From a virus, in IMG/VR virus record IMGVR_UViG_3300025759_000058: DNA of 64,000 nt; one strand, written 5' to 3'. The notes under the pieces are model-generated. The model did not search any database. It worked only from the letters and a program-made list of their open reading frames with translations, and was not told the origin of the DNA. Shown here piece by piece: positions 17,075 through 28,534 of this stretch (position 1 is its first letter; every line of letters starts with the position of its first letter). The translations under genes were made by a program, and so were the position numbers.

Positions 17075-18197
17075 AGGTAACGGCGGTCCGTACAATAACC
17101 TACCAATTACTGATCAGAATGGTGTACAAAGAGAACGGCTTCCAGGCGAAATTTTAGTTCGTACTCAAAATAACCGGACGCAGGCTGTTAGTGAAACATA
17201 TGTTTTACCTTTACTAGATTATATTACACGTGTTCCCTTGCACGGCGAGATAGTCCAGCTTCATATGTTACCATCGGGGACTGCTGAAAACAAATATAAT
17301 GATAATCGATTTTATTATACAACTACATTAAACTTACACGGTTCGCGTAATATAAATCAGCTACCATGGATCATGAACACAGTAGCCAAAGGCTCGACGT
17401 TAGATTCGTTTATATCACCAGAAGGCAACAAAGTACCGGAACAAAGTTCGTTTGCAGAAAAATCTGTTAATACATTACAGCCATATGAAGGAGATCTAAT
17501 TATCAATGATCGATTTGGTTCTTCAATACGTTTTTCATCTGGTGTAGATACTAATTCACGTGCATCAAACGGTTCGTTATTGTATAATACATTACCGCCA
17601 TGGGATGGACCTGTCAATGAACCTTTGATGATACTTACTGCAGGTAACAATCAAGAATCAAACGTCGAAAATTTTCAAAGCGATGCATCATCTATTATTT
17701 TATCAACGTCGCAAAAGCTAGAATTAGATACTTCACAGCAAAATATAGGCCGCGGTATACTATCAACACGTAGTTATTCAGAACCGCAAATTATTTTAAA
17801 TAGCGACCGTATTACTATTAATAGCAAGGTCGACGAAGTAATTATTTCAGGTAAAAGTACCGTATCTATTGCAACGCCAGGATGGGCATCGGACATGGAT
17901 AAATTTTTTACTATGGTTGAAGATATACAAAATGAATTGAAAAGCTTACATTCGCAAGTTAATGCCCTAACGACTCAAGTCAATACTTTGTCAGTAGCAA
18001 CTACTACATTTGGATCTGCGCAAGCATCGGTTGCTGCGGGGCTTGTGATACTTGCTCCATTAGCGCCGGCACCCGGAGCTTTAGCCGGTGCATCTGGTGC
18101 TGTTGTCGGCCAAACAACATCTATTTTAACAAAACTTGGCACTATTAAAGCAAATCTATCTAAGATCGATTCTACAATTGCAAGTCTAAAGCAATAA
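17046..18197 (+). CDS. Baseplate hub/central spike protein, gp5-like
   Basis: RVPLHGEIV OB-fold-like region; GDLIINDRFGSSIRF; beta-rich repeats; upstream of gp25- and gp6-like genes. Confidence 0.55.
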   Translation: MMTYAQVIDEGNGGPYNNLPITDQNGVQRERLPGEILVRTQNNRTQAVSETYVLPLLDYITRVPLHGEIVQLHMLPSGTAENKYNDNRFYYTTTLNLHGSRNINQLPWIMNTVAKGSTLDSFISPEGNKVPEQSSFAEKSVNTLQPYEGDLIINDRFGSSIRFSSGVDTNSRASNGSLLYNTLPPWDGPVNEPLMILTAGNNQESNVENFQSDASSIILSTSQKLELDTSQQNIGRGILSTRSYSEPQIILNSDRITINSKVDEVIISGKSTVSIATPGWASDMDKFFTMVEDIQNELKSLHSQVNALTTQVNTLSVATTTFGSAQASVAAGLVILAPLAPAPGALAGASGAVVGQTTSILTKLGTIKANLSKIDSTIASLKQ

Positions 18198-18221
18198 CAT
18201 ATTTATTATAAAGGATATTTT

Positions 18222-18650
18222 ATGAACTCTAAAGTATTTCTAAAAGCGTTACGAACAATAATCCGAGAAGAAGTACGTACTGCCATTCGTCATGAGTTAA
18301 ACGAACGTACGGAACCAAAAAAATCTCACAATGAAGTTATAGACCACGGCATGCGTATGCATAAACAAGCAACGCAGTCTCAAAAGCAGTACGTAAAAAA
18401 TCCAATGTTAAATGACATCTTAAATGAAACATCCGCAATGTCATCAGATGAATGGTCTACTATGAATTTTAGATCTGAAATGGCACAAGCGTTTGGAATG
18501 CAATCTGCCGAGCCTGTCGCTGTACAGGATGTATCTGGCAATGCTATTTCTACAGATTCATTAAAATCTAAGGAAGGCGGTGAAGCCGTCGTTAACGCTC
18601 TTACGCGCGACTATTCTTCGTTAATGAAGGCAATGGATAAAAAGAAATAA
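18222..18650 (+). CDS. Hypothetical protein with LRTIIREEV leader
   Basis: ATATTTAT at 18199; NPMLNDILNET and ALTRDYSSLMKAM motifs. Confidence 0.75.
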   Translation: MNSKVFLKALRTIIREEVRTAIRHELNERTEPKKSHNEVIDHGMRMHKQATQSQKQYVKNPMLNDILNETSAMSSDEWSTMNFRSEMAQAFGMQSAEPVAVQDVSGNAISTDSLKSKEGGEAVVNALTRDYSSLMKAMDKKK

Positions 18651-18653
18651 TAA

Positions 18654-19196
18654 ATGGCACGTAGTGTTTATAGATATGAACCAATCAATGAGACGCCAGA
18701 TAAAGGTGTAGGTATACTCTTACCTTTAAATAGACCAGTTACCGGACGACTAAAAGAAGAGACATCGTATGATGCTGCTGGAACAAATGGTAAAGGCGTA
18801 TTTGTACAATCGTATACAACAGAGGAACAGTCTATAAGTAATTTACGTAATTTATTACATACCCTTAAGGGTGAACGTTTCATGCAACCTAATTTTGGGA
18901 CTAGAATTCGTGAGTTTTTATTTCGTCAGTCGTATGAATCCTTAGCATCCGACTTATCAGAATCTATCACTAATGATATTAATACATGGATTCCGTATAT
19001 TATACTCGACGCTGTCGATGTGGTTACCAATGAACATAGAATAGATATCAGAATACGTTTTCGTACAACACGTAACGGTGCTAATTTAATCATTAATGTG
19101 TTGGCTCAAGAAAATGCAATTATAGTATCAGAACCAATTCAAGATACATATTCGCCGGCATCGAGTAGATTAGTACAGGTATATGGAGGACTTTAA
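18654..19196 (+). CDS. Baseplate wedge subunit, T4 gp25/GPW-like
   Basis: NLRNLLHTLKGERFMQPNFGTRI. Confidence 0.9.
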   Translation: MARSVYRYEPINETPDKGVGILLPLNRPVTGRLKEETSYDAAGTNGKGVFVQSYTTEEQSISNLRNLLHTLKGERFMQPNFGTRIREFLFRQSYESLASDLSESITNDINTWIPYIILDAVDVVTNEHRIDIRIRFRTTRNGANLIINVLAQENAIIVSEPIQDTYSPASSRLVQVYGGL

Positions 19197-21073
19197 TGAC
19201 ATTAGTTAAAAAAGATGTAAAATATCTTAATAAAGATTTTGCGCAGTTTAGACAAAATTTAATAAACTTCGCACGTACGTATTATCCCAATACCTACAAT
19301 GATTTTAATGAATCGTCGCCTGGTATGATGTTTATGGAAATGGCATCATATGTCGGCGATGTATTGTCATTTTACACTGATACTTCTTATAGAGAGTCAT
19401 TACTTAATAGCGCTAAAGAAGATGCTAATGTATTGCAGTTATCCCAAATGTTGGGATATAAGCCAAAATTAAATTCACCCGCGTTAGTCGATTTAGATGT
19501 GTATCAACTTGTGCCGGCACTTGGTTCTGGAGCATCTGCACGTCCAGATGAAAGATATACGTTATCAATCCAACCTGGAATGACAGTGACCGGTAATGAT
19601 AATGTCACATTTCGTACATTATCGACTGTAGACTTTTCATCATCAAGTTCTATAGATCCATTAGATATTTCTGTATATGAGATTGATAGTAATGGTAATG
19701 TACAATACTACTTATACAAAAAATCCGTTCCGGCAATATCTGGCGAGGTTAAGACGGCTACATTTACATTCGGTGATCCTAAAATATATGATAAAATTGC
19801 ATTAACAGATACTAATGTATTAGATATAATCAGTGTTACTAGCGACGAAGGCTCGACATGGCATCAAGTCGATTATTTAGCGCAAGACACTATATTCGAA
19901 GATATCGAGAACATTCCATTTAATGATTCAACCCTATCTTCATTTAGAAGTGCTGTGCCGTATATTTTAAAATTACGACGTACACCTAGAAGGTTTGTAA
20001 CTAGACTTAGAGAAGACTTACGTACCGAAATACAATTTGGTGCTGGTATAAGTTCCGATGCTGATGAAGAATTAATTCCTAATCCTAAGAACATTGGTAG
20101 CGGCTTAGAGTATTTAAATCGAACTACAAACAATAACATAGATCCATCGAACTTTTTATATACTAGTACATATGGATTGGCTCCAAATAATGAGACACTA
20201 ACTGTTACATATTCGGTAGGTGGCGGCACAAAAGAGAATGTAAGTGTTAATTCATTGACAACAATTTTATCTGTACCATATAATACTGCAACAGAAATTT
20301 ACGGCGTTGATTTGACTGATACAAAAGCATCTCTGGCTGTAAACAATCCTGTACCGGCACGTGGCGGAAAAGCTAAAGATGATATCGAAAATATACGTCA
20401 ATCTGCCATAGCAGCATTTGCTGCTCAAAATAGAGCTATTACACGTGAAGATTATATTTCTAGATGTTATGCAATGCCTTCAAAATACGGATCAATTGCA
20501 AAGGCATATATTGTCAGTGATACCCAAATTAATACATCAGATAATGAATATCCACGCGAGACTATATCTAATCCATTAGCTCTAAATTTATATACGTTAG
20601 GTTATGACGTCGCCGGTAACTTTACACCGCTTAATACTGCAGTAAAACAAAATTTACGTACATACTTATCTAATTATAGAATGTTAACGGATGCAATTAA
20701 TATTAAAACTGCATATGTGATTAATATTGGCGTAGAGTTTGAAATTATACCTAGGCCTAATGCCAATAGTAATGAAGTGTTAATACGTTGTATAAATAGG
20801 CTTAAGACGTTGTTAAATAATGAACGTATGCAGATTAACGGTAGTTTAAACATATCTAATTTAATGACGGAACTTGATAAAATTGATGGTGTTCAAAGTG
20901 TACCTAAATTAGATATAATAAATTTATATGATGCTAATAAAGGTTATAACAATAATGTATATAGCATTAATGGTGCTACTAAAAATGGTATTGTATATCC
21001 GAGTTTAGATCCTTGCATTTTTGAAGTTAAGTATCCCGATTCTGATATTAAAGGAAGAATAGTAAAGGCATAA
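19196..21073 (+). CDS. Baseplate wedge subunit, T4 gp6/baseplate J-like
   Basis: YLNKDF, YNDFNESSPG...YVGDVLSFY, AQNRAITREDY. Confidence 0.9.
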   Translation: MTLVKKDVKYLNKDFAQFRQNLINFARTYYPNTYNDFNESSPGMMFMEMASYVGDVLSFYTDTSYRESLLNSAKEDANVLQLSQMLGYKPKLNSPALVDLDVYQLVPALGSGASARPDERYTLSIQPGMTVTGNDNVTFRTLSTVDFSSSSSIDPLDISVYEIDSNGNVQYYLYKKSVPAISGEVKTATFTFGDPKIYDKIALTDTNVLDIISVTSDEGSTWHQVDYLAQDTIFEDIENIPFNDSTLSSFRSAVPYILKLRRTPRRFVTRLREDLRTEIQFGAGISSDADEELIPNPKNIGSGLEYLNRTTNNNIDPSNFLYTSTYGLAPNNETLTVTYSVGGGTKENVSVNSLTTILSVPYNTATEIYGVDLTDTKASLAVNNPVPARGGKAKDDIENIRQSAIAAFAAQNRAITREDYISRCYAMPSKYGSIAKAYIVSDTQINTSDNEYPRETISNPLALNLYTLGYDVAGNFTPLNTAVKQNLRTYLSNYRMLTDAINIKTAYVINIGVEFEIIPRPNANSNEVLIRCINRLKTLLNNERMQINGSLNISNLMTELDKIDGVQSVPKLDIINLYDANKGYNNNVYSINGATKNGIVYPSLDPCIFEVKYPDSDIKGRIVKA

Positions 21074-21074
21074 T

Positions 21075-22244
21075 ATGTATAAACTTTATTACATAGAACG
21101 TGATACGACTATATATGAAAAATATCCAGAACGTAATACTGGATTAGATTCTATACTTGAATTAACAAAGATTGCATGTGGTTCTCGCGATGATATGGGC
21201 AATGTGTTAAGTAACACATATAATTCACGTGTATTGTTAGATTTAGGAAATAATGTAACGACGTTACGTACCGATATTAACAATGGTACTATACCTGCAT
21301 TTGCATCTCATCCATTATCGTCATCTGCATATTTAACATTACGATTGGCTAATGCAAATTCTGTACCGGCAAATTTTTCGATTGAAGCATATCCAATTTC
21401 GGAATCTTGGACAATGGGCACTGGTACATTTGATTCTGACCCAGAATCACGTGTAGGTGTATCATGGTACTATCGTAATGGGACTGATGTCAGCTTACCA
21501 TCTGCTTGGAATACTGGGTCTGCTCAATCAGCCGGCCAAGAAAGTGTTACTAATTTAAATGGCGGCGGCACATGGCTAACTAGTTCTGCAGATAATAGCA
21601 TAAGTTATCGAGCTAGTCAATCATTTAGTAATGCGGAAACTATAGATGTCCGTTTAAATATCACTCCGATAATGAATGCATGGATATCTAATGATATTTT
21701 AAATCATGGTTTAATTATCAAATGGCCAACGGCTGTTGAAATATCTGGCGACTTAGCTGGTAGCTTAAAATTCTTTGGTCGAGAATCAAATACGATCTAC
21801 GTACCTAGACTTGAAGTAGCTTATGACAATTCTATCTTATCTGGAACGGGTTCGTTTACTGAAATAAACAGCGATATATATGTTCCGTACTTTACAAATT
21901 TGCGATCTGCATATCATGAATCTGAGAAAGCTAAGCTACGTATTCAGACGCGACCAGAATTCCCGACACGTGCATATCAAACGTCTTCAGTATATTTAGA
22001 TAATTATAGATTGCCGACATCATCGTATTGGAGTGTTTTAGATTCTGTTACTGACGAAACTATCATTCCGTTTGATACGGGTTCTACGCGCATATCATGT
22101 GATTCGTCCGGTAACTATATTAATATAGATTTTAATTCGTTCTTAACGGAACGGTATTATAAGTTAGTACTACGTATTGAGCGCGAAGGTGGTGAAGATG
22201 TACAAATTCATGATAACAAATATTACTTTAGAGTAGATAGATGA
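21075..22244 (+). CDS. Virion structural protein, DNRLRE-like domain
   Basis: DTTIYE...SRVLL...NHGLIIK...PRLEVAY; lies in the baseplate cluster. Confidence 0.6.
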   Translation: MYKLYYIERDTTIYEKYPERNTGLDSILELTKIACGSRDDMGNVLSNTYNSRVLLDLGNNVTTLRTDINNGTIPAFASHPLSSSAYLTLRLANANSVPANFSIEAYPISESWTMGTGTFDSDPESRVGVSWYYRNGTDVSLPSAWNTGSAQSAGQESVTNLNGGGTWLTSSADNSISYRASQSFSNAETIDVRLNITPIMNAWISNDILNHGLIIKWPTAVEISGDLAGSLKFFGRESNTIYVPRLEVAYDNSILSGTGSFTEINSDIYVPYFTNLRSAYHESEKAKLRIQTRPEFPTRAYQTSSVYLDNYRLPTSSYWSVLDSVTDETIIPFDTGSTRISCDSSGNYINIDFNSFLTERYYKLVLRIEREGGEDVQIHDNKYYFRVDR

Positions 22245-24535
22245 TGGCAACAAACCGATTTACAGCAGCTAATAAACCAGAACATACATCCCCTACTCTA
22301 GATAGCCTTTTACTTGAGATAATGCGTGATGAGTTTCCTGATGACCCCAATTTTAAAGCCGGTATTCTGACTGAAGAACTTGACCCTAATCAAGAACTTA
22401 TCGATCAAGTTACATTACCTGAATTCGAACCTACTTCACGTAACTCGAGACAAGTATTACAAGTATCGCCATCTGTTGTACAACATACGAATTATCAACT
22501 TACAAAATCAATTCCGACTATTGACGAAGACATATTAGATGATTTGTTGGACGAAGAATGGAATTTCTTTTTAGATGAAGAAGTACAATATGAACCGGGC
22601 GTATCTGGATTATTTCTAATCCATCCAGACCAAATTAAAGAACCAGTAGATTATCATGATGCATATATTCAAGCTGGGCCACAAAACCTTGGTTCATTTG
22701 ATTCTGTGAATGATATTTTCTGCGTATATTTTATTCGTGATAATGTTGCATATCCTATACCTAATTACAAAACGTTAGAGGTCATGTTAGTAGAGCGTAG
22801 ATTGACGTACCGCGATATAACAATAGCTGATAATACTCAACTACAGCAGTTCGATTTATCTATGGATGGTAAAACTACTATTATAGATGAAGTAGTATCG
22901 CCGGAAGCGGAATTTGCAGCCCGTAGTTTATTTGATAGAAGTGCAGAATGGAATTTCCGTATTAGATATGAAAGTGGATATAGACCATTATCGCCGTTCA
23001 CGCGTGACCCAGGTGAATATATCGATCCTGTATCAAAAGGGTATTTTAATGCAGTTTATAGTAAGCAGACGTATCAGGAATCGTTAAGAGCTAGATTTGA
23101 AGGTAAAATGGTGATTTTATCATGGCCGCCGGCATCATTGACGGACGAAGAATTTAATTCAGAAGTTATACAAAACGACAATAACCAATTAAACGATTTA
23201 GTCAACGGCGTACGTATTATGACGAACGGTTATTGGAAACAGGTTACGGATGGCGAAGTATTTCGGTCATATGCATATGTAAATGATTTAGATGTGAGCG
23301 GGTATCAAGACCCTAACGGCAGATATGGCCGCGCCGGATATATTAACTTGTTAATACAAAATGGTGGCATAACTGTATTGTCGGGTGAAGATGTTGTAGA
23401 TGCTAGAGAAGGCTTAGATCCAGTATGGAATGAATTTGCACATATCATTGAAGCAGACCGAATGGATATAGATGAGTTTAAAACTTATATTGATACGTAC
23501 AGCAACAATCCATTTGATATTGAATATTTACTGCCATATGAACCACGTGGCAGTGTTAAATACTATGACCAAGATACATTAAATATTTTACGTGAGCAGT
23601 CCATAGAACAAAGTTTAATAAATAATTTAGTTGATACGATTAATATTAGATATGAGGAAATTGCAAGTATCGTAGCTAATGCAACCGTTATGCTAAACAG
23701 TACACAAAACTCTGCAATAACTGTTCTAGATCAGATTGAAAATGATATAACTCGAATAGGCGATGCAAGTGATAGATGGCAATTTATCAAGTTTAAAAAT
23801 AACGGCAACATAAAAGTTAAAGGTACTGAACACTCTTTATTTAGATTAGTTGAAACAACGCAACGTATAACTTCTAACTTAACAACATCGCAAGAAGATG
23901 AGATTGCAGGCGAATGGTCACGTGTTGTTAATGCAGACTCAGTTACGTTAAGTGAAGTAGGTTCGAATTCAGGTAATGTAAAAAACGCTCAGACGTTTGA
24001 ACTTCCTAGAGACGGCATTGGACGTGATAAACCATCAATGAAGAGTAGTAGTTATATACGTGCTAGTATATTAAATGCATTTTATTATAAATGGGATATT
24101 GCCGGCGACAGTGTTAACACTGGAACACGCGCGAACGTGCGCGAATTGGCAGAAGATATCGATAACACTCGGTCAGCAACTGCGAATGAATTTCAATTAT
24201 TAAGTAGCCAATTTGATGATATTACAAATGCAATTGCTACTAGTGATACAGTAGAACAATTCCAAGAAATTTTAAATACATTAAATGCAATAGATAATGC
24301 ATACATAGAATTTAATAATTCAGTAGACGATGTCAATGATTTTATTTTTACTTTAAATTCAAATACTAAAGCATATATTAATAACGTATATGAATCTATA
24401 CAACTTCTTCGTAAAAGAATATATAATAACGTCGGTAATAGTAACAAGTTTGCTATTAAATGGCCAGCAACGGTGATTGCAATAATAGAAAAATACTCAC
24501 CCGGTAAAACGTATACAAATTACCAGAAGTCTTAA
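22241..24535 (+). CDS. Large hypothetical protein, probably structural
   Basis: 764 aa in the baseplate cluster; helical C-terminus. Confidence 0.7.
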   Translation: MMATNRFTAANKPEHTSPTLDSLLLEIMRDEFPDDPNFKAGILTEELDPNQELIDQVTLPEFEPTSRNSRQVLQVSPSVVQHTNYQLTKSIPTIDEDILDDLLDEEWNFFLDEEVQYEPGVSGLFLIHPDQIKEPVDYHDAYIQAGPQNLGSFDSVNDIFCVYFIRDNVAYPIPNYKTLEVMLVERRLTYRDITIADNTQLQQFDLSMDGKTTIIDEVVSPEAEFAARSLFDRSAEWNFRIRYESGYRPLSPFTRDPGEYIDPVSKGYFNAVYSKQTYQESLRARFEGKMVILSWPPASLTDEEFNSEVIQNDNNQLNDLVNGVRIMTNGYWKQVTDGEVFRSYAYVNDLDVSGYQDPNGRYGRAGYINLLIQNGGITVLSGEDVVDAREGLDPVWNEFAHIIEADRMDIDEFKTYIDTYSNNPFDIEYLLPYEPRGSVKYYDQDTLNILREQSIEQSLINNLVDTINIRYEEIASIVANATVMLNSTQNSAITVLDQIENDITRIGDASDRWQFIKFKNNGNIKVKGTEHSLFRLVETTQRITSNLTTSQEDEIAGEWSRVVNADSVTLSEVGSNSGNVKNAQTFELPRDGIGRDKPSMKSSSYIRASILNAFYYKWDIAGDSVNTGTRANVRELAEDIDNTRSATANEFQLLSSQFDDITNAIATSDTVEQFQEILNTLNAIDNAYIEFNNSVDDVNDFIFTLNSNTKAYINNVYESIQLLRKRIYNNVGNSNKFAIKWPATVIAIIEKYSPGKTYTNYQKS

Positions 24536-24543
24536 GGATAACA

Positions 24544-27500
24544 ATGAGTTTAGATAGATTTACTAACCGAGATGAGATTTTACAAAAGGATGGTATAACT
24601 GCTGGCATTACATGGAAGCAATCTGATATTGATATATTACAATTATCTACTCAAAATGTTACATTGACTGATACATCTGTTGTTGAATTACATGCATATG
24701 TACGTGATATAGGCGATTATATCGTTGGTGGTTCGATTCAAGATTTTGTATTTGAAAACGATACTATTTGGATCGACCATGCTACAGCAATGTCCAAATT
24801 TGGAATTGAACGGGGTGAGTTTGAAGTTACTGTCAATATACATAAACCTATTCTAGGTAATGAATCAAATCCTTTAGTTTTTATTAAAGAGATTTCGCCG
24901 GATAGACGTGAATTACATCTTAAACTAATTCCTACGGACGATGATTCGCTTGATGGCGTTATAGATGAGTACTTAGATGAATACGGTGCAGTTGAAGCAT
25001 TTTCATTGGCACTAAATTTCGGTCAGAATAATATCTTTAAAATCATCAATCAACGTGATTGGAGAGAACCTAATGATATAGTCGTTAGACTATATACACC
25101 GCTGCCAGTTAATATAAATCAAAATGATACGGCATGGATTGTTGAAGAAATGATCGATCCGTTCATTGATAACATTTCAATCTTTAAAGAAGATCCGACA
25201 ATAACACCGGTTCAACTCCGTGGTGCAAATTTTGAAATTGATCCAGGTTATACGACAATTACGGAAACAGATTTCCAGTCATGGAATTCATTGTTAGGGT
25301 CTAATACATCAACATCTCAACAACTTATTGATAAATACTTTTCTGGGTCGTTAGCTGGTATTAATGTCGGTGTTGATTATTCTGCATTTGATAATTTTAT
25401 ATTTTATTCATCAGCGACTGAGCGCTTAAATAATTTTAAGTATAAACTAGAACTAATAGAATATTACAGCGGTAGTATTTCTACGTTACAAGCAGCGTCA
25501 GGTTCAGATTCTGGTTCATTATCTGGTAATATTGCAACAAACCAAACTAGATTAGATTCTGTTATAGGAGGATTTGATGCATGGGAACGTTGGCTTTATT
25601 ATGAACCTACTGCTAGTTTAACTACACATGGCGTATCTGGTTCAGTTCTTGGGGCACAAGGATATACAGTAACACCATGGCCAAAATATTTATCGAATGG
25701 GTCGTATGTTAATCATAAAGTAGATTCGGCAATCGGCCAAGCTTGGTACACGTCATTATACGATAACGCTGTTATCTATGATAGAGAAAGTGAAACTGCA
25801 TTAGTTAAAACAATACCAGAACATATACGTAATGATGAAAATAACAGCGAATATGAATTATTCGTTAATATGATTGGTCATCATTTTGATATTATATATT
25901 CGTACGTAGATGCTCTTACAAAAACATACAAACCTGAAGAACATCCTAAATTAGGTGTCGGCAAAGAAACGTTATATGATGTTGCTGAGTCGTTAGGATG
26001 GAAGCTAGCTAACGGTAAACAAGCATCGTCTCTCTGGCAATATACATTAGGCGTTAATACATCAGGCTCATATGCCAGTACTGGTTCTTTATTTTCTAAA
26101 ACTGATGAAGAAATAACAACAGAAGTATGGCGTAGAATAGTAAATAATTTACCTTATTTACTTAAAACTAAAGGTACAGAACGCTCGATTAAAGCATTGA
26201 TGAATACATATGGTATTCCTCAGACTTTACTTTCCATTAGAGAATATGGCGGTCCTACTGTAGGTGATGAAGCTCCTACTTTGATTGAAGATAGGTTTTC
26301 ATATGCAGTAGAATTTGATGGCAATTCTAGGATTTCATATAACATGGATGATCTAGACAGAACTTTATTCAATCATTTCGAATCTACGCCATTTGCAGAT
26401 ATTCCGCCTCGTGCGCGTGAATTACGATTTAAGCCTACAAATAAATCTGATATGCAGCTTTTAACAGTAATTGCCGATATCGGAGCTGGTCAGTATGCCG
26501 GATCATCAATAATATTACAATACACGGGCTCATATTCTGGAAGTACAGATTATGGAAGAATTGTTTATTCACATCTAGATCAAATATCAGGTGTAGTTGC
26601 AATGACTGGTTCTACTGAATGGCTTCCATTATATAATAACGAATTTTGGAATTTGCATTGGTATTTTACTCCCGATTCGCCAAATATCTTTAATAATTCA
26701 TATACAACGGCTCTTACATATAACGTTGATATATACCAAAAATCTAAAACAAATGATACTATATCTCATAGCGGTAGTATAACCGTACGTCCGGTAACCA
26801 CTACATATCACAAATCCGGATGGTCTCAATATCAGAGTTCCGATTTTTCACATCTGCATATTGGCGGGCTAACAAAAACAGATGACGGCGGATGGACCGA
26901 TTTATTCGATGTATTTCAAGATGCATCAGAAGGCTTTTTAAATAGTTCTTCAACATATATCCCTAGTCCTTTTATTGGATATATTCAAGAGTATCGAGAA
27001 TGGGCCGAAGATTTAGATTCGGCTACGATTATTCAACATACTATTAATCCGACATCGTATATAGGTACTGTATCAGCTACTTCATCATATGCAACGTTAG
27101 TACGTCATTATCCGTTAGGAACAGACTTAAATGCAGTTGATTTATCGACGGATAGTACTATAATTTCTTCATCTCATCCTAATCAATCGATTGTCGATTT
27201 TTCAAACCCAGATGGTGATGCATATAACTCAAATGCGCGCGCATATGGATTCTCATCACCATCAAATTCAGAACGCGGAAATTTTGTACCAATTGAAGAA
27301 ACATATTATGTTAAGTCAATATCTGGCGGCGCAAATACACCTAGATCACAAAAAATTCGTTTAGAAGATAATAGTGTAATTCGTCAATTATCACCGACTA
27401 ATACAAGTGAACGTTCGTCATTTGATTATGCACCTATTGATACTAATCGATTAGGATTATTTTATTCGCAGGCTGATCAAATTAATAAAGATATTTTCAA

Positions 27501-28494
27501 TCAATTCGCCGGCGAATCATTAGATGATTATATAGGAAACCCGGAAGACGAATTTGAATCATCATATCCTGAACTTAGGACATTATCTAAAGAGTATTGG
27601 AAAAAGTTTTCTGACAGAAATGATATAAATGCATATATAAGAGTTTTTAGTCAGTTTGACTTTACACTGTTTAACCAGATTAAGCAGTTACTACCAGAGC
27701 GTGTAGATGATGTAATGGGTTTGTTAATTGAACCGCATGCATTAGAAAGATCAAAAGTTCAAATCACAAAACGTCCGACTATCACCACACCGCAGTATGA
27801 CATGTTAGTTGATTCAGTCGATCCTACTGCAACAGCCGAATACATTCTTTATACTGCTAGTATCGCATCTGCACCAAACTTAGCTGAAGCAGTAACTGTA
27901 TATCATGTAGGCGATAATGGATATGCCGATTCTGGCAATTACTTAATGGATTTAGATAGAGGTATAGATCCAGTCAATTCTTCGGTGTATAAGCATATTT
28001 ATACATTATTTCCTTATAACCAAGATTCGGCCGGTGCAGCTAATTTAGGTCTGCCGGCGGAAATTACATCTTCATTACATCCGTTAATAACATCGCCAAC
28101 TGGCAGTGTTATTGATACTACTAGATCTAGCAATGTATTTAAGTTAGTCACTTATCACTATTCTGGTAGCGTAACGGGTGATAAGTATTTACGTGATAAG
28201 TACAAAGCAGTTAGCCAGTCGTTAGGATTATATTATTCTCGTAGTTTATCCGATGCTAGTTATCATGACGATGAATATCAAATGATCGATAACTTAAGAT
28301 TCAACGGTAGCCGTATTACATGCCCGGGTATTAATCAAAACTCTACAATATCGGCATTAGGGTTTAAACCGGTTATTGAAGTATATGAAACAAATCCAAA
28401 CCAATTAATTTTCAATCAAGATCCAGTACCTCAAACTAGAGGTGGCGGATCGACGTCTCCGGTAATTACGCCAGGTAATATATCAGTTAGATAA
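24544..28494 (+). CDS. Large baseplate wedge protein, gp7/P2 gpI-like core
   Basis: IPEHIR...FVNMIGHHFD and LLKTKGTERSIKALMNTYG motifs. Confidence 0.65.
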   Translation: MSLDRFTNRDEILQKDGITAGITWKQSDIDILQLSTQNVTLTDTSVVELHAYVRDIGDYIVGGSIQDFVFENDTIWIDHATAMSKFGIERGEFEVTVNIHKPILGNESNPLVFIKEISPDRRELHLKLIPTDDDSLDGVIDEYLDEYGAVEAFSLALNFGQNNIFKIINQRDWREPNDIVVRLYTPLPVNINQNDTAWIVEEMIDPFIDNISIFKEDPTITPVQLRGANFEIDPGYTTITETDFQSWNSLLGSNTSTSQQLIDKYFSGSLAGINVGVDYSAFDNFIFYSSATERLNNFKYKLELIEYYSGSISTLQAASGSDSGSLSGNIATNQTRLDSVIGGFDAWERWLYYEPTASLTTHGVSGSVLGAQGYTVTPWPKYLSNGSYVNHKVDSAIGQAWYTSLYDNAVIYDRESETALVKTIPEHIRNDENNSEYELFVNMIGHHFDIIYSYVDALTKTYKPEEHPKLGVGKETLYDVAESLGWKLANGKQASSLWQYTLGVNTSGSYASTGSLFSKTDEEITTEVWRRIVNNLPYLLKTKGTERSIKALMNTYGIPQTLLSIREYGGPTVGDEAPTLIEDRFSYAVEFDGNSRISYNMDDLDRTLFNHFESTPFADIPPRARELRFKPTNKSDMQLLTVIADIGAGQYAGSSIILQYTGSYSGSTDYGRIVYSHLDQISGVVAMTGSTEWLPLYNNEFWNLHWYFTPDSPNIFNNSYTTALTYNVDIYQKSKTNDTISHSGSITVRPVTTTYHKSGWSQYQSSDFSHLHIGGLTKTDDGGWTDLFDVFQDASEGFLNSSSTYIPSPFIGYIQEYREWAEDLDSATIIQHTINPTSYIGTVSATSSYATLVRHYPLGTDLNAVDLSTDSTIISSSHPNQSIVDFSNPDGDAYNSNARAYGFSSPSNSERGNFVPIEETYYVKSISGGANTPRSQKIRLEDNSVIRQLSPTNTSERSSFDYAPIDTNRLGLFYSQADQINKDIFNQFAGESLDDYIGNPEDEFESSYPELRTLSKEYWKKFSDRNDINAYIRVFSQFDFTLFNQIKQLLPERVDDVMGLLIEPHALERSKVQITKRPTITTPQYDMLVDSVDPTATAEYILYTASIASAPNLAEAVTVYHVGDNGYADSGNYLMDLDRGIDPVNSSVYKHIYTLFPYNQDSAGAANLGLPAEITSSLHPLITSPTGSVIDTTRSSNVFKLVTYHYSGSVTGDKYLRDKYKAVSQSLGLYYSRSLSDASYHDDEYQMIDNLRFNGSRITCPGINQNSTISALGFKPVIEVYETNPNQLIFNQDPVPQTRGGGSTSPVITPGNISVR

Positions 28495-28534
28495 TTATTG
28501 CCATTACATATTTATTAAAAAGATGGAATAAAAC

